Positions 55,478 through 64,000 of a stretch of 64,000 nt of DNA are shown here, one piece after another (the stretch's first letter is position 1; every line of letters begins with the position of its first letter). This stretch comes from an uncultured Pelobacter sp. (lineage in GTDB: Bacteria > Desulfobacterota > Desulfuromonadia > Geobacterales > Pseudopelobacteraceae): positions 4,625-68,624 of the forward strand of contig CAZRPI010000001.1 of the NCBI GenBank assembly GCA_964601865.1, in the 5' to 3' direction. The notes beneath the pieces are model-generated. The model searched no databases, was not told where the DNA came from, and was given only the letters and a program-made list of their open reading frames with translations. A program made the position numbers and the translations under genes.

Positions 55478-56383
55478 CTAGAACAGCTTGAGGACTGCCT
55501 GGGCGGCCTGGGAAGCGAGGCTCAGCGAGGTGGTGCCCAGACTCTGGCGGGTCTGCAGCATCAGCATGTTGGCGCCTTCTTCGTTGGTGTCGGCCAGGGT
55601 CAGGTTGTCCGCGCCGGTCTTCAGGGTGTTGACCATGGAGTCGGTGAAGGTCTGGCGGGTCGTGACGATGCTGAGGTTGGCGGACAGTTTGGACGACTGG
55701 CTGCGCAGGGTGGAGAGGGCGTTCTCCAACTGCTTGGAGGAACTCTGGATGGCGCTGTTGCCTGTCGCAATCGTACTGTTGTCCCAAGCGGTGCCCGTGG
55801 AGAGAGCGCCGCCGATTTCCGTAGCGTTGCCGGTAGCCGAAGTGGTGCCGTACGTACTTGAAACGGTAACCGTCTGCATCGAAAGTCCGACCGCGGTGGC
55901 GGTGAAGCCCTCGATCTTCAGGGTGGCGCCGCCAGTCGTTGGCGCGAATTCGACCGTCAGGTCATCATTGGTCAGGAAGTTGGTGCCGCGGTAGCCGGAA
56001 TCGCTGGCAAGCTTGTTGATCTGCCCCATCAACTCGTTGTAGGTAACGGCGTAGTTGGCGCGGTCCGTTACGCTGGTTGAACCGAGAGCGGCCGCAGCGA
56101 TACCTTGGGCGGATTCGATCAGGGCGGTGATGGCGGTGATACCGGCATCGGCGGCATTAACGCCCTGTACGGCCTCGGACATACCGTCCTTGCGGTTGGT
56201 GAGGTCGCTAGCGCGGTTGGTGGCATTCTGGGCGGCAAAGAAGTTGGTCGGATTGTCGAGGGCCGTGTTGACCTTTTTCCCGGTGGAGAGACGGGTCTGG
56301 GTCTGGGACATCAGTTTGTTGGTGTTCTGCAGTGCGAGGAGGTTGTTCCTCATGCCTTCGCTAAGAGAGATTGCGTTTGCCAT
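55478..56383 (-). CDS. fliC: flagellin (short, 301 aa, Caulobacter/alphaproteobacterial type)
   Basis: The N-terminus is LLALQNTNKLMSQTQTRLSTGKKVNTALDNPTNFFAAQ. The C-terminus is EEGANMLMLQTRQSLGTTSLSLASQAAQAVLKLF. The central ~75 aa are Ser/Thr-rich. Confidence 0.95.
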   Translation of the reverse strand: MANAISLSEGMRNNLLALQNTNKLMSQTQTRLSTGKKVNTALDNPTNFFAAQNATNRASDLTNRKDGMSEAVQGVNAADAGITAITALIESAQGIAAAALGSTSVTDRANYAVTYNELMGQINKLASDSGYRGTNFLTNDDLTVEFAPTTGGATLKIEGFTATAVGLSMQTVTVSSTYGTTSATGNATEIGGALSTGTAWDNSTIATGNSAIQSSSKQLENALSTLRSQSSKLSANLSIVTTRQTFTDSMVNTLKTGADNLTLADTNEEGANMLMLQTRQSLGTTSLSLASQAAQAVLKLF

Positions 56384-56407
56384 GGTGTTGCTCCTTTCTG
56401 GATTTCT

Positions 56408-56423
56408 GTGGCATTCTTGCCAC
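56408..56423 (-). promoter_or_regulatory. 5'-UTR stem-loop of flagellin mRNA (candidate FlbT target)
   Basis: GUGGCA-AGAA-UGCCAC is a perfect 6-bp inverted repeat. It lies between the predicted sigma-28 -10 element and the AGGAG Shine-Dalgarno. Confidence 0.4.
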
Positions 56424-56440
56424 TACATTTGTTATTTAGA

Positions 56441-56467
56441 GTATCGGTTGAATCGGGAAGAGCTTTA
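56441..56467 (-). promoter_or_regulatory. sigma-28 (FliA) promoter of flagellin
   Basis: The minus strand reads TAAAGCTC-N11-ACCGATAC against the consensus TAAAGTTT-N11-GCCGATAA. It lies about 60 nt upstream of the ATG. Confidence 0.65.
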
Positions 56468-56497
56468 ATTTTTTTCTACTCCCCTGCACACCAATGA

Positions 56498-58417
56498 ATG
56501 AAGAGGCGTATTTCCATGCAGACCAAAGAGAACCAGGCCATCCAGCACCTCCACAGGCTTCTGGATATGGCGCGCTATCACCTTGAAGCCGGGCGGCAAG
56601 ACGAAACGGAGACACTCTGTCTTCAGGTCCTGTCCCACGAACCGCAAAACAACGAGGCACGCTACATGCTGGCCCATGTCGCGGCTTCCCGCGGCGAGCA
56701 TGCAACGGCAGCCGACACCATGATGACTCTGTGCGCCGAAACACCACACGAATCGCTGTTTCCAGATCTGTATGAATTTCATTCAAAGGCGAACCGGCTG
56801 GAATCGCTGGCGGAATTCTTCCGCAGGATGCTTGCCGCCAATCCCGGTGACCCGGCAGCCTGGTTCCACCTCGGCCGGGCCTGCCTGGCGCTGGGTTGGA
56901 AAGAACCGGCGGGGCAGGCGCTTAGGAGGGCGGCGCGCCTCAGGCCCGACGCCGCCGAATTTCACTATCTTTTATCAGTATACCACAGGGAAACGTGCCA
57001 TATGACGGCCGCCGAACTATCCCTGCGTACCGCGATCCGGCTCGACCCGCAGTCACACCACTACTGCAACCATCTGGCAAACATACTGAAGGCGACCGGC
57101 CGCGCCGAAGAGGCGTTCGCCTGGTATCGCCGTGCCCTTGAGCTCTGCCCCGGTGAAGAGGCTTACCTGTCAAACTATCTGATGAACTTTCTCTGTACGA
57201 CAACTTATTCACCTGAGTTCGTATACCGCGAGCACACCCGCTGGGCCGAGCAGTGCTGCGGCGCCGCCGGAGAGCCCTGGCGTTGTTTCGACAACGATTT
57301 GCAACCGGAACGCAGATTGCGCATCGGTTATGTCTCAAGAGACTTCTACAGCCATCCGGTGGCTTTCTTCATTGAACCGCTGCTCACCCTGCACGACCGG
57401 CGAGTCGTGGATGTCTACATCTATTCGAACGTTGACCGGGAGGACTCCGTAACGGTACAACTCCGGCAGCGCCCCTGCGCCTGGAGGGATATCAACGGAG
57501 TAAACGACCCCAATGTCTGCAGGCTGATCCGGGAGGACCGCATCGATATCCTGGTAGACCTGGGAGGCCATACCCGAAGCAACCGCCTGCCGGTATTCGC
57601 CAAAAGGCCGGCTCCGGTACAGGTTACCTGGCTGGGATACGCAAACACCACCGGCCTCCCGACCATTGATTACCGCATCACCGATGCCGTAGCCGATCCT
57701 CCGGGTTTGACCGAATCGTACCACTCCGAACGCCTGTTCCGCCTGCCGGGAAGCTTCATCTGCTATCACCCCCCACTCGATCCTCCAGATCTGTCACCGC
57801 TTCCCATGCTGGATCGGGGAAAAGCCTCATTCGTTGCCTTCAACAACTTCGCGAAACTGAACGCACACCTGCTTTTGCTGTGGGCAAAAATACTGCACAA
57901 GGCGCCCGATTCAACCCTTACGCTCAAGGATCGCGCCCTGGCGCTTGATCCCGACTTCCGGGCCGAAATTCTCGACCGCTTCGCGGAACTGGGAATAACC
58001 GCCGAGCGCCTGATCCTCAGGGACAGGACCGATACGGTGCATGCCCACCTGGAGGCATTTGCCGAAGGGGATATCGCCCTGGATTCATTCCCCTACAGCG
58101 GCACCACCACCACCTGCGAAGCCCTCTGGATGGGAGTCCCGGTTGTCACGCGCGCCGGAGCGACCCACGCCTCACGGGTGAGCGCCAGCCTGCTGACCAG
58201 CGTCGGAGTCCCCGAACTGATCGCGGAGAACGATGAAGATTATGTGGCAATTGCCGTTACCCTGGCGAATGCCCCGGAACGCATGGAGAAATACCGGCGG
58301 GAACTGCGCGGCATGATGCTCAGTTCGTCACTCATGGACCTGCAGGGGTTTGCCCTCAGGATGGAGGAGGCCTACCGCCGGATGTGGCGGGAATGGTGTC
58401 GTCAGGCCGGAGCATGA
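56498..58417 (+). CDS. TPR-repeat protein with GT41 (O-GlcNAc-transferase/SPINDLY-like) catalytic domain
   Basis: N-terminal TPRs are followed by RIGYVSRDFYSHPVAFFIEPLL..., VTWLGYANTTG and LDSFPYSGTTTTCEALWMGVPVVT. The likelier start is ATG 56516, with GAGG 9 nt upstream. Confidence 0.85.
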   Translation: MKRRISMQTKENQAIQHLHRLLDMARYHLEAGRQDETETLCLQVLSHEPQNNEARYMLAHVAASRGEHATAADTMMTLCAETPHESLFPDLYEFHSKANRLESLAEFFRRMLAANPGDPAAWFHLGRACLALGWKEPAGQALRRAARLRPDAAEFHYLLSVYHRETCHMTAAELSLRTAIRLDPQSHHYCNHLANILKATGRAEEAFAWYRRALELCPGEEAYLSNYLMNFLCTTTYSPEFVYREHTRWAEQCCGAAGEPWRCFDNDLQPERRLRIGYVSRDFYSHPVAFFIEPLLTLHDRRVVDVYIYSNVDREDSVTVQLRQRPCAWRDINGVNDPNVCRLIREDRIDILVDLGGHTRSNRLPVFAKRPAPVQVTWLGYANTTGLPTIDYRITDAVADPPGLTESYHSERLFRLPGSFICYHPPLDPPDLSPLPMLDRGKASFVAFNNFAKLNAHLLLLWAKILHKAPDSTLTLKDRALALDPDFRAEILDRFAELGITAERLILRDRTDTVHAHLEAFAEGDIALDSFPYSGTTTTCEALWMGVPVVTRAGATHASRVSASLLTSVGVPELIAENDEDYVAIAVTLANAPERMEKYRRELRGMMLSSSLMDLQGFALRMEEAYRRMWREWCRQAGA

Positions 58418-61374
58418 GACGCGCGCAGGCCCTTCAGCGCTGAAAACAGCTCTTCAAAAACCGCTTCCCACGCGCCGGGAGACGGCTGGCGGAACAGCCT
58501 CACGGTCGGATACCAGGGGGAGTCGGTCCGGCTCAGCATCCAGCGCCAGTCCGGGGAGTAGGGGAGCAGCACCCAGGTCGGCCTGCCGAGCGCCCCCGCC
58601 AGATGCGCGACGGCGCTGTCGATGCTGATGATCAGATCCATCTGGCTCATCAATGCCGCGGTCTCGGCAAAGTCGTTCAGCAGCGCGGTGTGATCCGCGA
58701 GCTTAAACCCATCCGGAGGTTCTCCAGGCGCATCATTGCCTTCAGCCACCTGCAGCGAATACCAGGACACCCCCGGGATCTCTTTCAGAACGGTAAAACA
58801 TTCCAGGCTTGCCGAACGTCGCGGGTCAGGTTTCATCCGGCCTTTCCACGCAATGCCGACCTTGAAGCAGGGGTCTTCCCGGAGATGTTCCCGCCACCAC
58901 CCGCAGCGATCGTTGTCGGGAAACAGATAGGGCACGGATGAGGGCAGGGACTCCAGGGTGACACCCATCAGATGGGGGATGGAGAGCATGGGGACCGCCC
59001 AGTCGCATGACGGCAACCGCTGTCCCGGTCTGATGATCTGCTCCACATGTGGCAAGGTTTCAAGCAGTTTGTCGAGTGGGGCGAGATTGTTGAGCAGCAA
59101 AATACGCCCCCCCTGCTCCGCCAGCGCTGGCAGGAACCGGCAGAACTGGATGGTATCCCCGAAAGCCTGCTCGGTGACAACGAGCAGGCTTTTCCCTGAA
59201 AGGGGGGAACCGTCCCACCGTGGCAACCCCCGCAGGTCAACCCGGACCGGGTTCTTTTTGCCAAAACGCGTCTCGAACTCCCGGAACCCCTCCCGGTAGT
59301 CTCCCCTTATCAACAGAACCTGCGCCAGGTTCCAGCGAACTGTCGCATCGTCCGGACGGTATTCCAGCGCCTTTTGGAAGCAGCGTTCAGCCTTCTCCAA
59401 ATGGTTCCGGGAAAGAAACACCCCTCCCAGATTCAGGTAGGAACGATAATCCCGAGGAGACAGCTCTATCGCCCTCAGGAGCGCCCGTTCGGCCTCGTCG
59501 AACCGGTTCAACATCTCGTTCGCGGCGCCAAGGTTTATCAGGGTTTCAAAATCATCCGGCCCGGTCACCAGGATTCTGCGATACCACTCGCACGCCTCAC
59601 TAACCTTCCCCGAACCATACAGGGCATCGGCAAGGAATCTCGGGAGGTCGCCTTCGTCCGGGGAAAGGGAAAGCGCGGTCAGAAACAGCGAGACCGCTTC
59701 TTCAAAGCGCTCCAGCTCATTGAACAGCAGCCCCAGGCAGCGGTAAGCCGCCAAACACTCCGGATCCAACTCAATTGCGCGCTTGAAGCACTGTTCAGCG
59801 TGATGGAAATCACCCCCCTGATAACAATTCAACCCCAGCAGCACAACCGGAAGGCTCCAATCGGAGACTTCGTCGATTATCTCCAATAGCAGCGCCCGAG
59901 ACTCATCATGGCGTTGCGCGTCAAACAGAGCCAATGCGGTCTGATACCGTTCCACCACGGAAGAGGGCAGACTGCTGGCCCGCGAGGATTGGCTTCCGGT
60001 GGGTTCTCCCAACATTCCGCCAATTGCAAGTGCCATCTCCCTTACCGGCTCCAGCCAGCTCCCGCGGGTTGTCTGGCGGAAGAGACGCATCGTGGGGTAC
60101 CAGGGGGAATCGGATCGCCGCAGCATCCAGCGCCAGTCGGAAACGTAGGGCAGGAGGACGAAGGTCGGTCTTCCCAGGGCTCCGGCCAGATGCGCCACCG
60201 ATGTATCTATCGTAATCACCAGATCAAGAAGCGCGACCAATGCCGCCGTATCGGCAAAATCCCTGATGTGGCCGGTCAGATCCACGATGCGCATTCCGGT
60301 CGGCGGGGATGCGGCTTCCCGGGATGCCTCATCCATCTGGAGGGAAAAGAAGGTGATGCCATGCAGCTCCGCCAGCGGAGCGAGATCCGCCAGACGGCAG
60401 GACCGGCGGGGATCGGGCATCCTGCGGCCGGCCCAGACAACACCGGCTTTCAGGGTCGCATAGGGCGCAAGCAGCCGTCTCCAGGCATCGAGTCGTTCCC
60501 GGGGAGGAAAAAGGTACGGTACTTCGCGCGGTATGGTTTCCGCCGTTGCGGCGAAGACTCCCGGAAGGCTCATCAGGGGCGCATGACGGTCACAGGGGGG
60601 TATGGGGGAGCCTGCGGGAATTACCTCCGAAACCGAGGGCATGGTGCGCAAAAGCTCACAGAGTGGAAGCGGCGCTTCGAGGACAAGGCGCCCGCAACGG
60701 GCCGCCACCAGAGGAAGGAAACGGACGAACTGAATCGTATCGCCAAAGGCCTGTTCGGCATGCACGAAGATCGTCTGGCCCGCGAGATGTTCACCCCGCC
60801 AGTGGGGAACGCCGAAATCCCTTAACCGCGTCGTGTACCCCTTTTTCTTCCAGCGCCAATCGAACTCCTTCCATCCCGCCTCAAACTGCCCCAGTTTCAG
60901 ATGGAGGAGCGCCTTGTTCCAGTGCGCCTCGGCGCAGGCGGAATCGCGTCTCAACGCGGCCTGATAGCATTCCATTGCCTCCCCGTGCCGCAACAGACGC
61001 TCAAACGCCATCCCCATGGGAACAAGAGGTTCAGGACTATCCGGCAAGAGGGCGGCTGCGTTGCGATAGCTCTCAATGGCTTTTTCGCAGGAGTCCTGCG
61101 CCAGCAGGGTATTGCCTCTGTTATGGTATAGCCTGGCCGAACGGGGATCAAGCTCAAGAGCGCGCCGATATACATCAAGAGCCTCGTCATAGCACTCCAG
61201 CTCATGAAGCAGCGCCCCCACATTGAGGAGAATGTCGGGGTGCTCGACATCCCGCAGCGCCTCCCGATAGCAGCTCAGCGCCTCGTGCAAGCCCCCCTTT
61301 CTGTGCAGCTGCAAGGCCTTGACAAAATGTGGATTTTCCGATGGCACGAACTTATCCATATCGCCTGCCGACAT
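58402..61374 (-). CDS. 990-aa protein made of two tandem [TPR + GT9-like glycosyltransferase] modules
   Basis: The two halves align residue by residue. Examples are EQAFGDTIQFVRFLP versus EQAFGDTIQFCRFLP, and DTSVAHLAGALGRPTFVLLPYVSDWRWMLRRSDSPWYPTMRLFRQ versus DSAVAHLAGALGRPTWVLLPYSPDWRWMLSRTDSPWYPTVRLFRQ. Confidence 0.9.
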   Translation of the reverse strand: MSAGDMDKFVPSENPHFVKALQLHRKGGLHEALSCYREALRDVEHPDILLNVGALLHELECYDEALDVYRRALELDPRSARLYHNRGNTLLAQDSCEKAIESYRNAAALLPDSPEPLVPMGMAFERLLRHGEAMECYQAALRRDSACAEAHWNKALLHLKLGQFEAGWKEFDWRWKKKGYTTRLRDFGVPHWRGEHLAGQTIFVHAEQAFGDTIQFVRFLPLVAARCGRLVLEAPLPLCELLRTMPSVSEVIPAGSPIPPCDRHAPLMSLPGVFAATAETIPREVPYLFPPRERLDAWRRLLAPYATLKAGVVWAGRRMPDPRRSCRLADLAPLAELHGITFFSLQMDEASREAASPPTGMRIVDLTGHIRDFADTAALVALLDLVITIDTSVAHLAGALGRPTFVLLPYVSDWRWMLRRSDSPWYPTMRLFRQTTRGSWLEPVREMALAIGGMLGEPTGSQSSRASSLPSSVVERYQTALALFDAQRHDESRALLLEIIDEVSDWSLPVVLLGLNCYQGGDFHHAEQCFKRAIELDPECLAAYRCLGLLFNELERFEEAVSLFLTALSLSPDEGDLPRFLADALYGSGKVSEACEWYRRILVTGPDDFETLINLGAANEMLNRFDEAERALLRAIELSPRDYRSYLNLGGVFLSRNHLEKAERCFQKALEYRPDDATVRWNLAQVLLIRGDYREGFREFETRFGKKNPVRVDLRGLPRWDGSPLSGKSLLVVTEQAFGDTIQFCRFLPALAEQGGRILLLNNLAPLDKLLETLPHVEQIIRPGQRLPSCDWAVPMLSIPHLMGVTLESLPSSVPYLFPDNDRCGWWREHLREDPCFKVGIAWKGRMKPDPRRSASLECFTVLKEIPGVSWYSLQVAEGNDAPGEPPDGFKLADHTALLNDFAETAALMSQMDLIISIDSAVAHLAGALGRPTWVLLPYSPDWRWMLSRTDSPWYPTVRLFRQPSPGAWEAVFEELFSALKGLRASHAPA

Positions 61375-61432
61375 AACTCATTTTTTTAATATTTCTCGGT
61401 TCAATTCTGATATATTCTGATAGCGGATAGCC

Positions 61433-61459
61433 TCAAGTCTTTTCAAAATTTACCGATAG
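61433..61459 (+). promoter_or_regulatory. probable sigma-28 (FliA) promoter
   Basis: TCAAGTCT-N11-ACCGATAG. This matches 6 of 8 positions in the -35 element and has the CCGATA core in the -10. It lies 58 nt upstream of ATG 61517. Confidence 0.5.
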
Positions 61460-61516
61460 AGAAAAATAGCATAAACTGCTATCTCATGACGATTTAATTC
61501 GCACGGGAGAGATGTC

Positions 61517-62722
61517 ATGGGCACATGGGATTACCTTTCAGACGGTTCAAGCGGCGCATCCAAACTATTGTCGGCCATAACCACCGCTCAGACCACCTAC
61601 CGGCAAAGCGCCGCCAACAGCGCCCTTTCCGCCGGACTGACCCAGTACCAGAACGGCAATTACAAGGCTGCCGCCGCTTCGTTCCGGCTTTCGACAGCAT
61701 TCCAGCCGGACAACACCGATGCCTATAACTATCTCGCCAAGGCCGACCTTAAGCTGGGAAAGAAAAAAGAAGCTATCAATGCCTACAAAATCTCCCTGGA
61801 GCTTGACAGCACCCAGGGAGATACCTATGTCGATCTTGCCGGCGTATACATGGATGACAAGAATTACACCGAGGCGGAAAAGGTGTTGAAACTGGGGAGC
61901 CAGAAGGATCCCACGAACGCCCTGCCGATCTATACCCTGGGACTGCTGCAGCTCAACAATCTGGACAAACCGAAGGAGGCTAAGGAATCATTCAAGAAAA
62001 CCATCAGGTTATCGCCCAACGACGGCAACGCCTATTACGGCCTGGGCGCCGCCCTGAGCAAGGAGGGCAACTATGACCAGGCCGTCACCCAGCTGAAAAA
62101 GGCCCTGTCGCTGAACAAGGATTCAGCCGCGACGATGTATGAACTGGGAAACACCTATGCGGCACTCGGAAAAACCGATGACGTAAAAACGATGATCAGC
62201 AAACTGGAGGACCTGGATACGTCCGAGGCTTCCACCATGGCAAGCAATCTGCAGATAAGCATCAACCAGCCCAAGATAGTCGGCATGAACAGCGACAAGA
62301 GCTCGTTCAACGCCTCTCTGGGAACGGTGTCGCTCCTTGCCGTTGATCCTTCCTTCGTTACTCCTTCGACGAGCAAGACATTTTCCATGACTTTCAAGTT
62401 TGATTCCGAGATGGATGCCAAATCGGTCACCAACATCGCCAACTGGACGGTGGGGCGTTCAAAGGGGGCGGTCGCGGGATTATACGACAACGGCCTTTAC
62501 CGGGCCACGGACCGGGGGGGTACGGTAGTGGCGACAAAGGTAACCTACAATCCCACAACCCACGAGGCCACGGTTTACTTTCCCATATCCCAGAACAGCG
62601 ACGGAACCGGGACTATCGACGCGAGCCACCTGACATTCACGTTCAAGGGCACCGACGCCAACGGCAAAAAAATGGACTCTTCGGCCGATCAATACAATGG
62701 CTCCGTGGGAGAGCCCTTCTAA
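61517..62722 (+). CDS. TPR-repeat protein with C-terminal beta-rich (Ig-like) domain
   Basis: Four to five TPRs (YNYLAKADLKLGKKKEAINAYKISLELD..., YYGLGAALSKEGNYDQAVTQLKKALSLN). The C-terminal ~150 aa are beta-rich. GGGAGAG RBS. Confidence 0.8.
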   Translation: MGTWDYLSDGSSGASKLLSAITTAQTTYRQSAANSALSAGLTQYQNGNYKAAAASFRLSTAFQPDNTDAYNYLAKADLKLGKKKEAINAYKISLELDSTQGDTYVDLAGVYMDDKNYTEAEKVLKLGSQKDPTNALPIYTLGLLQLNNLDKPKEAKESFKKTIRLSPNDGNAYYGLGAALSKEGNYDQAVTQLKKALSLNKDSAATMYELGNTYAALGKTDDVKTMISKLEDLDTSEASTMASNLQISINQPKIVGMNSDKSSFNASLGTVSLLAVDPSFVTPSTSKTFSMTFKFDSEMDAKSVTNIANWTVGRSKGAVAGLYDNGLYRATDRGGTVVATKVTYNPTTHEATVYFPISQNSDGTGTIDASHLTFTFKGTDANGKKMDSSADQYNGSVGEPF

Positions 62723-62790
62723 ATCCAGCCGTTATATCCGATACGGCAGATTTTATCCGCCCGTTCCGCATTTCTTTTCCCCCCCCCTAA

Positions 62791-63981
<1,191 letters not shown>

Positions 63982-64000
63982 AGCATGAACGGTGCGGAAA

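Overview
This is 64 kb from a GC-rich motile Gram-negative bacterium. Hand-counted 60-nt samples give 57-63% GC in backbone stretches; the taxon cannot be assigned without a database search.

The left ~14 kb holds ordinary housekeeping and signalling genes:
- a flavodoxin/ferredoxin-like gene
- a decayed GNAT remnant
- an HEAGH membrane protein whose zinc-ribbon leader is cut by an in-frame TGA
- an LplT-like MFS/acyltransferase fusion
- a GGDEF cyclase and a cysteine synthase
- a SprA-related protein
- a CheY-like receiver, an OmpA/MotB-type lipoprotein and an Smr protein
- a BamA/TamA-like barrel
- a HAMP histidine kinase with an NtrC-type sigma-54 activator

From ~14.3 kb to ~62.7 kb the window is one very large glycosylation island wrapped around a single flagellin gene. 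The flagellin is short and Caulobacter-type, with FlbT and FlaF translational regulators and a good sigma-28 promoter. The island contains:
- about 20 recognisable glycosyltransferase domains, including three consecutive proteins carrying 5, 2 and 3 GT domains, an internally duplicated TPR-GT9 protein and a TPR-GT41 (OGT-like) protein
- a UDP-L-HexNAc (FnlA/WbvB-type) module and an SDR plus DegT aminotransferase pair
- a tightly overlapping operon with five radical-SAM enzymes (three are paralogues, one is B12-binding, one is SPASM)
- a split transketolase, a GT9, two RmlD-like reductases, a Nudix hydrolase and at least seven methyltransferase domains

I see no flippase, polymerase, ABC exporter, lipid-carrier priming transferase, nonulosonate synthase, Maf protein or sugar nucleotidyltransferase in the window. 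This argues for cytoplasmic protein (flagellin) glycosylation with an unusual, heavily tailored, non-nonulosonate glycan.

The 15.6-42 kb core is compositionally mosaic and falls to about 27% GC locally. The radical-SAM/transketolase block is my candidate for an undescribed sugar-tailoring system. The window ends with trxB. I found no rRNA, tRNA, CRISPR array or transposase.
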